This document shows, piece after piece, positions 26,916 through 40,282 of a DNA stretch of 64,000 nucleotides. The notes beneath the pieces were generated by a model that worked only from the letters and a program-made list of their open reading frames with translations, ran no database searches and was not told where the DNA came from. This DNA comes from Octopus vulgaris (Eukaryota), in assembly GCA_951406725.2 (NCBI GenBank), contig OX597818.1:115506001-115570000 (forward strand), written 5' to 3'. Each line of letters starts with the position of its first letter. The stretch's first letter is position 1. A program made the position numbers and the translations under genes.

Positions 26916-27526
26916 GGATGGATGGACGGACAAAAGGATGGATGAATATATGGATGAATGAATGGACAAATGCTTAGATGGATGTATAGATAGATAGAGA
27001 GAGAGAGAGAGAAGCAGATATGGATAGATAGAGAAAGAAAGAGAGAGTGATGGAGTAATTGATAGTGGTAGATAAAGTAACTGATAGAGTGATAGAGAGA
27101 GTGAGGCAGAAGAGTTAGATAAAAGTAGGTGAATGAGTCACTCGCTGGGAATATTGATGTATACATTTCGTAACAATAAGGAGTAGGGTTGGTGAAGGGG
27201 AGGTAATTGAAAAACCCAGAGAAGACATAACAATCGTACAGAAAGAATCAATAAAGTCTGCAAGAAACTAGAAAATTAAAACAGAAATAAATGGAAAAGA
27301 AAAGAAAGAAACGAAATAGAAAAACAAAAAACAAACAAAAAAAAAGCCCTGGTATTAGTTGATTGCCAGTTCAGTGAGCAGTAGCTCAGTTTCAGGACAG
27401 TAACAGTTGCTATGGAACTGTTACTCAACTCTGCTACCAATTAAACAGGCTGCATATTGCTGCTGTGCTGCCTGACGTTAACTGATGCAAGAAAGTTTCA
27501 GAGACTAAAACCACATTTAGAGGCAG

Positions 27527-27567
<41 letters not shown>

Positions 27568-27609
27568 TCATCACCATCACCATCACTAACATGGAAGTGG
27601 TGAGTTTAA

Positions 27610-28530
27610 AGGAGGCGAGCTGGCAGAAACGTTAGCACGCCAAGTGAAATGCTTAGCGGTATTTCATCTGCCGTTATGTTCTGAGTTCAAATTCAGCTGA
27701 GGTTGACTTTGCCTTTCATCCTTTCGGGGTCAATAAATTAAGTACCAGTTATGCACTGGGGTCGATATACTCGACTTAATCCGTTTGTCTGTCCTTGTTT
27801 GTCCTCTCTGTGTTTAGCTCATTGTGGGTAGTAAAGAAATAGGTATTTCGTCTGTCTTTACGTTCTGAGTTCAAATTCCACCGAGGTTGACTTTGCTTTT
27901 CATCTTTTCGAGGTCAATAAATTAAGTACCAGTTATGCACTGGGGTCAATATACTCAACTTAATCCATTTGTCTGTCCTTGTTTGTCCTCTCTGTGTTTA
28001 GCTCATTGTGGGTAGTAAAGAAATAGGTATTTCGTCTGTCTTTACGTTCTGAGTGCAAATTCCACCAAGGTCGACTTTGCCTTTCATCTTTTCGAGGTCG
28101 ATAAATTAAGTACCAGTTACGCACTGGGGTCGATGTAATCAACTTAATCCGTTTGTCTGTCCTTGTTTGTCCCCGCTATGTTTAGCCCCTTGTGGGTAGT
28201 AAAGAAATAGGTATTTCGTCTGTCTTTAAATTCTGAGTTCAAATTCCACCGAGGTCAACTTTGCCTTTCATCCTTTTAGGGTCGATTAATTAAGTACCAG
28301 TTGCATACTGATGTCAATCTAATCAATTGGCCCCTTCCTCCAAAATTTTGGGTCTTGTACCTGGAGTTGAAAAGTGATGAGTTTAAAGGTGGCAAGCTGG
28401 CAGAAATGTTAGCACACCGGGCAAAATGCTTAGTGGTATTTCATCTGTCTTTACGTTGGGAGTTCAAATTCCACCAGGGTCAACTTTGCCTTTCATCCTT
28501 TCAGGGTCAATAAATTAAGTACCAGTTGCA
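27610..28530 (+). mobile_element. SINE family 1 tandem array (full monomer, three head-less units, then a second monomer)
   Basis: Units restart at GGTATTTCGTCTGTCTTTA at 27842, 28026 and 28210 (184-bp period). TSD-like AAGTG(G/A)TGAGTTTAAAGG at 27595-27612 and 28372-28389. Confidence 0.9.
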
Positions 28531-28560
28531 TGTAAGTATTTCATTTATTTCTTATCGTAT

Positions 28561-28619
28561 TCTCTACTGATGAGGGGAAAATCCATTGGATTAATCCAGA
28601 AACTGATGCAATATAGAGA
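28561..28619 (+). ncRNA. Type I hammerhead ribozyme-like motif
   Basis: Stem I TCTCTA/TAGAGA; core CTGATGA (28567-73); stem II region containing AATCC-ATT-GGATT; GAAA (28599-602); stem III A-CTG-ATG-CAA-T with one mismatch; UH = TA. Confidence 0.6.
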
Positions 28620-29639
28620 TAACGTATTTAAAAAAAATAAATCAGTCAGCTTGCTTTCCTCGATTTCAGTAGAACGTGTATGCATAATGATGTATATTGA
28701 ATGTGGCGATTGATGATTTAAAGTTTATTTTCTAAGCATAATACACACACACATATATGACGGGCTTCTTTCAGTTTCCATCTACCAAATCCACTCCCAA
28801 GGCTTTGGTTGGCCCAAGGCTATAGCAGAAGACACTTGCCCAAGGTGCCACACAGTAGAACTGAACTTGGAACCATGTGGTCGGTCAGCAAGCTACTCCT
28901 ATGCCATATATATATATATATACACATATATATCTGTGTGTGTATATATTTTTGTGCCTGTGTTTGTCCCCCTGCCACCATTGCTTGACAACGAATGTTG
29001 GTGTGTTTACGTTCCCCGTAACTTAACAGCTCAGCAAAGAAGACCGATAGAATAAGTACTAGGCTTACAAAGAAAATGTTCTGGGGTCAATTTGTTTGAC
29101 TAAAGGCGGTGCTCCAACATGGCCGCAGTCAAATGACTGAAACAAGTAAAAGAATAAAAGAATAAATAAATAATTTACTCAAAACAAGGGAAAAGCAGAG
29201 CCTGTAACCATTTGTAAACCCGCACCAGACTAGTAATTGTTTCAGCTTGAAATTCAAGGTCAAAGTTTGTAGGGTCAGTGTGAGAAAGGTCAGCATTCCA
29301 GATGGTTACAGTCCTAGAAAGGATAAATTATGAGAAGTATTTCACGCATGGCCAGAGAGATGAAACCAGCTCCGTCTTGCATTGTTGGACAATTATCTCT
29401 GTTCCTGCAGCACATAATAGGAGCAGAATATTTCAGTGATCGATTCTATTAAGACTAAATAACATGAAAATGGTATAAATTTTGTGGATAGCATTTTGAA
29501 GAATTAGGTGGATTGTTATTCAAGAACATGCAGGTGCCCCTGCTGATGGTATTGAATGGGGTGGAATTTTGATGTAACACAAGACAAAGTGGAGAGTATA
29601 TACAATGGAGAGGAAAGGAGAGAGGAAAGGAAGTTAAAA

Positions 29640-30247
29640 AGTGAAAAACAAAAAAGAATATTTTTAGGAGAGGGAGAGAGAGTAAAAGAGAACGAAAGAA
29701 AGAGGGAGGGAAGGAGGGAGAGGGAGGGAAGAGGGAAAGAAAGAAAGAAAGAAAGAGAAAGAGAGAGTAAAAGAAAGAAAGAAAGAGAGAGTAAAAGAGA
29801 AAGAAAGAAAGAACGAAAGAGAGAGATAGGGAGAGGGAAAGAAAGAAAGAGAGAAAGAGAGGGAAAGAAAGAGAGAGAAAGAAAAAAAGAAAGAAAGAAA
29901 GAGAGAAAGAAGGAAAGAGAGAAAGAAGGAAAGAGAGAAAGAAGGAAAGAGAGAAAGAGAGAAAGAAATGCCAAGTGAATAAGGTAAACAAGGAGATAGA
30001 TACAGGACGGCCAGAAAGATGGATATACACAAACAGAAGATAGAGAGAAATGCTGACACAGAGATATGCACAGGGATAGACAGGCAGACAAGTAGACAGA
30101 CAGACAGGTAGACAAGTATGCAGATAGACACATAGTTATGCAGACAGATGGATAGATAGATAGATAGCTGGATAGATGGCTAGATGGATGGTCAGATAGA
30201 CAGACAGACAGATAGATAGATAAATAGATAGATAACTAGATAGATAA

Positions 30248-30344
<97 letters not shown>

Positions 30345-30564
30345 CAGACAGATAGATAGACAGACAGACAGATAGATAGATAGGTATATAGATAGATAGG
30401 TATATATATAGATATATAGGTAGGTAGATAGATAGGTAGATAGATAGGTAGGTATATATATAGATATATAGGTAGGTAGATAGATAGATAGATAAATAGA
30501 TAGGTAGATAGGTAGATAGATAGGTAGGTAGATAGGTAGGTAGATAGGTAGGTAGATAGATAGG

Positions 30565-30648
<84 letters not shown>

Positions 30649-30790
30649 CAGACAGATAGATAGATAGATAGGTAGATAGATAGATAGACAGATAGATGGA
30701 CAGATAGATAGGTAGGTAGGTAGATAGATAGCCAGACGGATGGATAGATGGATGGATGGACGGACAGACAGACAAGCAGAGACCAGACAG
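29640..30790. repeat. Purine-rich (GAAA/GA)n tract followed by long (GATA/GGTA/GACA)n tetranucleotide array
   Basis: Seen directly; source of the SIYL/LSF artefact ORFs. Confidence 0.95.
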
Positions 30791-31266
30791 ACAGAATAAT
30801 GGATGGATGGGTAGGAGTGGTACAAGAGAAAGTATGAAGCCATTTGCAAGAGTAATTCAAAATGCCAAGTAAAACAAACAAACCCAAAAAGCAACAGGAA
30901 TCAATTTCTCATAGCAACAAATATGAATCCAAATATGAGTGTATTGAAGGAGATTGAAATATGAGTGTATTGAAAGGAGATTGAAAGCCTCAATTCTTAA
31001 AAAGAATACAAAAATGTACACAGACATATAATCTCAACTGAATTACATTTCATTTTAACTAGAGTTCATTTTCTTTTCTTCTGCTGCTTAAACGGTATAA
31101 TGATGTGTGTGTGTATGCATATATATAAATATATATATATATCTGTGTGTGTATATGTATATAGGTATTTGCACATACATGCACACGAATTAGGGACAGA
31201 AGTGGCTGTGTGGTACGTAGCTTGCTTACCAACCACATGGTTCTGGGTTCATTATGCACCAACCCA

Positions 31267-31306
<40 letters not shown>

Positions 31307-32247
31307 TTGTCTATCTTCCAATCATCACTTGACAGCCGATGGTGTGCTTTGATCCTTGTAACTCAGTGGTTTGGCAATAGAATAAGTACTAGGCCAACAA
31401 AAAAATAAGTCCCAGGGTCAATTTGTTCGCCTAAAAGGCAGTGCTCCAGCATGGCCACAGTCAAATGACTGAAACATGTAAAAGAATAAAAGAATACAAA
31501 TAGAAACGCTTATGAATACTCAAACATATACATGACACACACATGGAGATTACATATACATCGATACTTGCAGACATTTATATACATATACTCACACATA
31601 TTCACACACATACTCATACCTATCCCCATAGATATATTTACACACACACAGACTAAGTACACACAAATGCACACATATATAATATATACACATGCCATAC
31701 TATATTCACATACCAACACATTCACACACACACGGGGCAAATTCCTTCAGTATTTAATTAAAGCACTTTACATTTTGATTTCTAGACATGGCTGAGAACA
31801 ACTGTGACTTCCATTGTTGCAGCCATGGACTCAGTTCCGACAATAAGCCCTAAGATGGAGAGTAGAATTATAATGGAACCCATGCTGGTGGCACGTAAAA
31901 TGCACCATCTGAACATGGTCAATGCCAGTGGCCCCTGCCTGGCTCCCGTAAAAAGCACCATCCAAAAGGGGTCGATACCAGTGGCCCCTGACTGGCTCCC
32001 ATTCAGTGGCACATAAAAAGCACCCACTACACTCTCAGAGTGATTGGCATTAGGAAGGGCATCCAGCTGTTGAAATATTGCCAGATCAGATTGGAGCCTG
32101 GTGCAGTCCACTGGCTTGCCAAACCTCAGTCAAACCATCCAACCCATGCTAGTATGGAAAACGGATGTTAAACAACAATGATGATGATGATGATGATAAT
32201 AGCCCCCCCCACCGACACACACCCACACATACACATATATATATATA

Positions 32248-32470
32248 TACAAGGTCTGATCAAAAAGTATCAGTACTGTTGCTATGGTAACAGTGCTGAA
32301 GTAATACGCAGAATGAAGTCATGAAGTCGCTTGGCACAGTATGACCTTAAACTCGGTCATGCATGCACACTTAGTTATAACATTCTCATTCACTTCCATA
32401 GTCTGTAGTAATGCTTGGAAATAAAGTCTGTAAAGTGTGGTCATCTCAAGAAGATGACCGAGATTCAGCC
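32248..32470 (+). mobile_element. Mariner-like left-end relic
   Basis: TA + CAAGGTCTGATCAAAAAGTATC TIR-like start following (TA)n. Confidence 0.5.
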
Positions 32471-32509
32471 GTACAAGATCTCCTTGACTGTCTTAAGGAA
32501 GACAATATT

Positions 32510-32980
32510 AGCCCCAGCCCATCAAAAGTACCTTGGATTGCAGACTGACCTGCTGTGCTTACCTTGGATCGTAGGGTGACCTGCTGTGCTTGAGGAGACC
32601 TATTGAGTCAAGTACATCAACATCAAAATAAATATCAAATGGAAATTGTAGTTGTGATACCTGTGCCGGTGACACATAAAAAGCACCATCCGAATGTGGC
32701 CGATGCCAGCGCCGCCTAGACTGGCTTCTGTGCCGGTGGCACGTAAAAAGCACCAACTGATCGTGGCCACTGCCAGCCTCCCCTGACACTTGTGCTGGTG
32801 GCACGTAAAAAGCACCCACTACACTCATGGAGTGGTCGGTGTTAGGAAGGACATCCAGCTGTAGAAACTCTGCCAGATCAGGCTGGAGTCTGGTGCAGCC
32901 TCTTGGCTTCCCAGACCCCAGTTGAACCGTCCAACCTATGCTGGTATTGAAGGTGGACATTAAACAATAATGATGATGTA
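32510..32980 (+). mobile_element. Family-3 retroelement, long copy (reference orientation)
   Basis: Head ...ACCTTGGATCGTAGGGTGACCTGCTGTGCTTGAGGAGACC..., three GTGCCGGTGGCACGTAAAAAGCACC units, GGAAGGACATCCAGCTGTAG, tail (TGA)n. Confidence 0.8.
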
Positions 32981-33344
32981 GTTTTTGTTTTTATAGCACC
33001 AGTCCGGATACTTATTGATCAGACCTCGTATATACGACAGGCTTCTTTCAGTTTCCATCTACCAAGTTCACTCACAATGTTTTGATCAGCCCAAGGCTAT
33101 GGTAGAAGACACTTGCAGCAAGGTGCCACACAGTGGGACTGAACCCGGAACCATGCAGCTGGGAAACAAGCTTCTTACCACACAGCCACAGTGTGTATAG
33201 AACCATCATATTTTTCTGAAGCTGAGAATGCGTGACATGAGGGGGAGTTGGCTACAGTGTCTTGTATGCTGAGTGTAAACACGCAGAAGTTTCCACACTC
33301 AGCTCTCTCATGGGTCTGGAGTTTCGCTACTGCTGCTGCAGCTG

Positions 33345-33389
33345 ACGATGACAATAATGGTGGTGGTGGTGGTGATGATGATGGTGGTG

Positions 33390-33421
<32 letters not shown>

Positions 33422-33855
33422 GGTGGTGGTGGCGATGGTGGTGATGGTGATGATGATGGTGGTGGTGGTGGTGGTGGTGATGGTGATGTTTGTGGTAGTG
33501 ATGGTGGAGGTGATGGTGATGATGGTGGTGGTGGTGGTGATGGTGGTGGTGGCGATGATGGTGGTGGTGGCGATGATGGTGGTGGTGGTGATGGTGGTGG
33601 TGGTGGCGATGATGATGGTGGTGGTGGTGATGATAGTGGTGGTGGTGATGATGATGGTGGTGGTGGTGATGGTGGTGGTGGTGGTGATGATAATGGTGAT
33701 GATGGTGGTGATGGTGGTGATGGTGATGATGATGATTATGATGGTGATGGTAGTGGGGGTGATGGTGGTGGTGGTGGTGATGATGGTGATTATGATGATG
33801 AGGATGGTGGTGGTGGTGGTGGTGGTGATGGTGGTGATGTTGCAGATAGTAGTGA
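33345..33855. repeat. (GGT/GAT)n trinucleotide tract
   Basis: Seen directly; source of the 246-aa Gly/Asp and 188-aa poly-His artefact ORFs. Confidence 0.95.
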
Positions 33856-34454
33856 TGGGGGTAAGCTAATGCGTAGAATTCCTGAAATTTCACAGAAAGC
33901 AGCTCTCAGAGGTTCGGGACAAAAGCAATTTAAACAACTGTTGCTCCTGCGCCAGACTTTATGTGTGAGTGAGTGTGTACGTGTGTGATCACAAGTCAGT
34001 GTGCGTACGTGTGTGCATGTGTGTGTGTGTGTGTGTGAGTGTGTGCGTGCGTGTGTCTCTGCGGGTGCCGAATTTCAATCATTGATGCTGTTACTATTGA
34101 TTTTTATTATAGTTACAATTACTACTACTACTACTACTACTACTACTACAACTACTACAGCTACTGCTGCTGCTGCTAGTACTGTGGATTCTTCAAGTTC
34201 CAGTAACATTTAACAGTAAATACTATCAAAACTACCGACCAATTACAGAGAAGCATTTTTTCCGACTGTGATTTAATAACATAATACAAAACAGGAAAAT
34301 AAAGCACTAGAATAGGACTGGAAAATAAATTTTACTCTAATTTAAAATGAAACGAATAATAAACATATTTTCAAGATGTTTTTGTATTTCCTCAGATTAT
34401 AAATATATAAAACACATAGATATATACGTATAGACATGTGTATATATTCTCTTA

Positions 34455-34828
34455 TTCATTTATTTGTTTCAGTCATTTGACTGTGGCCATGCTGGAGCAC
34501 CACCTTTAGTCGAACAAATCGACCCCAGGACTTATTCTTTGTAAGCCTTGTAGTTCATATTCTATCGGTCTTCTTTTGCCGAACTGCTAAGTTATGGGGG
34601 ACATAAACACACCAACATCGGTTGTCTATACAGACAGACACACAAACACACACACACACATATATATATGCTTCTTTCAGTTTCCATCTACCAAATCCAC
34701 TCACAAGGCTTTGGTCTGCCCAAGGCTACAGTAGAAGACACTTAGCCATGGTGCCATGCAGTAGGACTGAACCGGGAACCATGTGGTTGGTAAGCAGGAT
34801 ACTTACCACACAGCCACTCCTGTGCCTA
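34455..34828 (-). mobile_element. SINE family 2 full copy
   Basis: Colinear with 1749-2137. Confidence 0.85.
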
Positions 34829-34899
34829 TGTATGTATATATACACACACACACACAATTATATCAATATACAAGTGTAGAACAATATTTAGCACTACTA

Positions 34900-35334
34900 A
34901 GGCAGTGAGCTGGCAGAAACATTAGCACATCAGGCAAAATGCTTAGTAGTATTTCGACTGTCTTTACATTCCGAGTTCAAATTTTGCCAAGGTCCACTTT
35001 GCCTCTCATCCTTTCGGGATCGATAAATTAAATACCACTTGTATACTGAGGTCAATTTAATCAATGCCCTCCACTAAAATTTCGGACCTTATGCCCAGGG
35101 TAGAAAATAATATTCCTCGTTTTAAAGGTTGTGAGCTGGCAGAAACGTGAGCATGCCAGGAGAAATGCTTAGCAGTATTTCATCTGTTATTACGTTCTGA
35201 GTTCAAATTCCGCTGAGGTCGACTTTGCCTTTCTTCCTTTCAGGGTTGGTAAATTAAGTACCAGTTGCATACTGTGGTTGATCTAATCGACTGCCTCCCC
35301 TAAAACTTTTGGCCAAGTACCTAGAGTAGAAAAG
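34900..35334 (+). mobile_element. SINE family 1 head-to-tail dimer flanked by one TSD
   Basis: AATATTTAGCAC(T/C)ACTA at 34883-34899 and 35335-35351. Confidence 0.8.
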
Positions 35335-36765
35335 AATATTTAGCACCACTACTAAAACGGAATACAGACAGGAGTGTTTAAAATGGCATCAGATGCCATT
35401 GCAATGGTTGCAATGAGTCTTTAAGAAATGAGCCTCAAAAGCATTGTTAAGACTAAAACTACAGAATTCCTTTCAAGTGTGCTCATTTTGTTGTACCTGG
35501 AGAGTTTAACCTGGCACTCCATCACTACCTCGCTTCATCTCTTCATCAACTACCCCCACCCCATCCATAGCCCTGTATCTCCTCTATAGCAAGACGCCTG
35601 TGCTTGTTCCTCTATCATACTTCAGCCTTACTACACATTTTCTTTTACTTGATCTTGTTTCTTTTGGGGGTGGTTATGCTTTGCAAATTACATGGCAACC
35701 TCACTAGTGTTGGTGCCATGAAAAAACTAGCACCCAGTACATTCTGTAATGTGGTTGGTGTTTGGAAGGGTGTCCAGCCATAGAGGCCATGCAAGAGTTG
35801 ATGCTGCAGCTTGCCAAATCCTGTCAAGCTCTCCAACCCATGCCAGCCTGGAAACCAGACATTAAATGATGATGATAATGATGATAATCTGATATATATA
35901 TACTGCTAACACAGTTGTGTAATATTCATGACCGACTAACTGGCTTCCGTGCCGGTGGCACGTAAAAGGCACCATTCAAGCATGATCATTACCAGCGTTG
36001 CCTTACTGGCACTTGTGCCGGTGGCATGTGTAAAAAGATTCAAGCGAGGTCATTGCCAGTACTGCCTGAGTGTCCCCCGTGCCAGTGGCATGTAAAAAGC
36101 ATCCACTATACTCTTGGAGTGGTTGGCGTTAGGAAGGGCATCCAGCTGTAGAAACTCTGCCAGACCAAGATTGGAGCCTGGTGCAGCCATCTGGTTCGCC
36201 AGCCCTCAGTCAAAATCGTCCAACCCATGCTAGCATGGAAAGCGGACGTTAAACGATGATGATTTGTAGTCTTCGCAATTTAACCAAAACACACCATACA
36301 ATTTTTTCCCAGTTCACACCTACCATTCACCTGGATGGTTGAGAAAATATGTGCTAGCATACCAAAGCAAAAATCTATAAAAATGTTAGCAGTAATATAT
36401 TAGCCAGAGTAGAATCTATTGGTTACTAAAGACAAGAACTTTATCTCAAGACCAAAATATCTTTTTTTTTCTCAGAACTGCGTCTCTCTTGATGCTTAAA
36501 TGTTTAATATCAAATATGCATAAAGTTAGTTCAGTGATTATATATTTGCCTTCTTAAATAAAATATAGAAACCATTGATTAGTACGAACAAAGAGCAGAA
36601 ATACTTTCCATTACTTCAACAGTAAAGAACAGGCGTATAATGGAAAGCGTCAGCAATGAAAAATAAAATCACTTTGCTTAGACTTGATAATGGACTAAAA
36701 ATATATTCCATTAATTTTACAAAACACAAACTAATGCAATTTTTTGTCTTAAACATTATATCTAT

Positions 36766-36767
<2 letters not shown>

Positions 36768-36809
<42 letters not shown>

Positions 36810-37010
36810 TATACATATACATATATATACATATATATATACACATATATATATACACATATATATATACATATACATATATATATATACATATATATAT
36901 ATACACATATATATATATACACATATATATACATATATATATACATATATATATACATATATACATATATATATACATATATACATATATATATATATAC
37001 ATATATATAT
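36768..37010. repeat. (TA)n/(TACA) microsatellite
   Basis: Seen directly. Confidence 0.95.
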
Positions 37011-37603
37011 AAAATAAATATAAGAGAGTGGTCACTATATTTCACTCTAGCACCAGTTAATCCAAAATCAACCACGAAAATACATGTTTATATACGACTG
37101 TTATCACACGGACAGGGCAAATAAAAATAACAAAAATACAGATTATTTTGGGACAATTGTTTGCATACAATAATCCATTTGTATACTATCTGGATGAAAT
37201 CATCAATCACATATACCATAACGATAAATACGCGTGCGGTTCAATTATTACATCGGACGTTATAATTCAAATGCCCCAACCAACAGCGCGCCAAATATAC
37301 AGCATTTAGAAATAAATGCAGCATAATTATAATTAATTAATAAGGGTGAGAGAATTAGATACTAATTTAATAGTATATTTATAGTGGCCTAGTGCTACGA
37401 GAAACCTGGATTATTATAATATTTTATAACATATTATAATATTTTCACAAAATAAATATAAGAGAGTGGTCACTATATTGACATAGTTATCCAAATATAC
37501 ACAGTGTGGAATAAATATACTATTAAATTATATCATATATTAATTAATTATATACATATATATACATATATATATATATGCACAGATAATATATATGTAG
37601 GTG

Positions 37604-38050
37604 AAGGCAGCAAGCTGGCAAAACCATTAGCACACCAGGCGAAATGCTTAGCAGTATTTCATCTGTTTTTACGTTCTGAGTTCAAATTCCGCCGAGGTCG
37701 GCTTTGCCTTTCATCCTTTCGGGTTTGATAAATTAAGTACCAGTTGTGAACTGGGGTCGATCTAATCAAGTGGGCCACCCCCCTCCACCAAAATTTTCAG
37801 GCCTTGTGCCTAGAGTGGAAAAGGTTCTCTTTTAAGGCATCAAACTGGTAGAAAAATTAGCACGTCAGGTGAAATTCTTAGTGGTATTTCATTTGTCTTA
37901 AGTTCTGAGTTAAAATTCTGCTAAGTTCAACTTTGCCTTTCATCCTTTCAGGGTCGATAAATTAAGTACCAGTTGTGTACTGATGTTGATCTAATCGACT
38001 AGCACCACCCCTCCCCAAAAATTTGGGGCCTTGTACCTAGAGTAGAAAAG
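37604..38050 (+). mobile_element. SINE family 1 head-to-tail dimer flanked by one imperfect TSD
   Basis: AATATATATGTAGGTG (37588-37603) versus AATATACATATAGGTG (38051-38066). Confidence 0.75.
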
Positions 38051-38941
38051 AATATACATATAGGTGTTTGTATAAATTTTAACATGTGTGTATGAACATT
38101 CATGTGTACAGATGTGTGTGTGTGTGTGTGTGTGTGTGTACATCATCGTCATCAATTAAAACCAGTTTTCTAAACTGGCATGGGCTGAATGGTTTGGCAG
38201 GTGTTGGCAAGGGCAGAAGCCACACTAGGTACCATCATCTATTTTGGCATATGTTCTACATGTAGATGCCCTTCCTAATGCCAAACACTTAAGAGTATAT
38301 TGGATGCTTTTTACATGGCACCAACACACACACACACACACATATATATGATTATGAAGAAGTAACTCAGAGTGGCCAATAGCCAGTATTTGAACAACAA
38401 AGATGAAAAATGGTATGTGAAGTAAAATACGACAGGTTCTTGCTTTATTGAAACTATCTCTAGAAGGTAACAAAAAAAGCCAGGTGGCAGTTGGACTAAC
38501 ACTCCAAATGAGAGAGAAAAGATAATTTCAAGACACCAAGGATTCTCCAAAACAGACATGCCATTAAGGAACAACCAGTCTGATTGAATATAAAAACACA
38601 CACACACACATATATATATTATCACCATTTAATGTCCATGCTCCAGACTAGCATGGGCTGGATAGTTTAATGCAAGGGTGGAGAAACTCCAACCCTTGGA
38701 CACAATTGCGCCCACTAGCCCATTTTATATCCCCCCCCCCCACTGCAGGCTGGTATTATTCATATGTACAAGATATAGTAAATTTTTCAATTATAAAATT
38801 TATACAATATTCGTATTTGCCTATTTGCGACATAGGTCACGCTTCCACTATGACTTAAAACAAACTCAAACAGAAAATCGTCCACTCGTGCAGTATCTTA
38901 CAACTTTACTTTGTTATATATATATATATATATATATATAT

Positions 38942-39350
38942 ACTAGCAGCTAAGCCTGGTTTCACCCGGTCTGTTTGGATGATGTGGCTGTAATCGTTTT
39001 CGGTTGGTCATAATCTATAACAGCATTTGTCAACCTTATCATTTCAGGTTCCCTGTTTCGATTGGAGCCTCCAGCTGTATGAAAATTTCCTGACCCCACC
39101 CCATCAGAAAACAGCTTCTAAGCAACTGGTTGTTTTAATGGCAGAAGAAAGAGGGAAATTCTATTAGAAAAGGTTTTGATCGATTTTCTCGGTAAGTATG
39201 GGGGTTAGGGAAAAAATACAAACTGCATTCCAATCTATGCACCCGTCTCCGCATGTGTGCCATTTTTCATGCGAATCCACCCAGCCGTTTGGCTGTGAAC
39301 CTCAAGACAAGAAAGAATACAACGATCGCCCATGTCCAATTTATCTATAT
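38942..39350 (-). mobile_element. Non-autonomous Helitron (second family)
   Basis: Minus-strand 3' end ACCGGGTGAAACCAGGCTTAGCTGCTAGT (imperfect hairpin plus CTAG-T). 5' end ATATATAGATAAATTGG; flanked by (TA)n. Confidence 0.65.
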
Positions 39351-40282
39351 ATATATATAAATAATGTATGTGCCTATATATGTGAATGGGTGCACATGCA
39401 TACATACGTAAAAATTTTCACACGGTCTCCATTCACTAAATTCCTTTCACAAGACTTAATAATGGTAAATGGATTTACAGGAGTTTCAGTGACGAGTATT
39501 CCAGTTGTCCAATCAACCGAAATACCAAAGTGGGTGAATACATACAGCAGAGACATCTGTATAACCTTAATACGATTCTTCAGATTGAATCAGCATAACA
39601 ATATAGCCTTTGCATTAGAGAAACAATCTCTCCGACGGTCTTCCAATTTCAGTCTCAATGCTTGTTTTTATTTATACACACACACACACACATACACACA
39701 CTGTATGAATGTATATATAGTATAGCAATTTAGATTACAAGCCTTCGCACTTGATAATGAAAATGCCTCTTGAAATGGAGGACAAAAATATATCAAAGAA
39801 TGCCATATGGTAAGATTCTAGTCAATGTAGGACATATTCAGCCCCAGTTATGAGATAAATTAAATATAGGTATCTAATATTAGAATAAGGACATAGGGGG
39901 TGAGGATAGAGTGTAGCCAATTAAATCATCTCTCGTTATTTGGCTCTTACTTTATTTCGGTGACCCACAGCAAGGATAAAAGCAAAATTGACCTTAGTAG
40001 TATTTGAACTGAGAAACCTAAGGATAAATGAAGAAAATTCAATGAAATAATAATTAGGAAATTCCTTTACAGCAGAGGAGGGGGGTGAGAGAAGAGGTAA
40101 GGTTGTAGACGTACAAAATGTGTTGCTTTTGTTGCTGCTGTTGTCCCTCCCATATCAGTCCTCATCAAGCTCTCTTATGATCATCCAAAATATAACCATA
40201 TTGGCCAAGTGATGCAGAATTCTCTGGAGAGGCTCCAAAGAAAGTTGGAAATCGGATCCGGCCGTTAATCATATTTTTGCAG

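Noticed and set aside
29200-29550. Possible CR1/L2-like LINE C-terminal remnant (SRTVTIWN) on the minus strand
   Set aside because: Single short motif amid stops and frameshifts; too weak to call.
29455-30894. 150-250-aa SIYL/LSF/ERK ORFs
   Set aside because: (GATA)n and (GAAA)n low-complexity artefacts.
33248-33988. 246-aa Gly/Asp ORF and 188-aa poly-His ORF
   Set aside because: Translations of a (GGT/GAT)n microsatellite; open in several frames with no splice or domain support.
39198-39725. 175-aa + strand ORF
   Set aside because: Spans a Helitron end, microsatellites and unrelated sequence; no recognisable domain.
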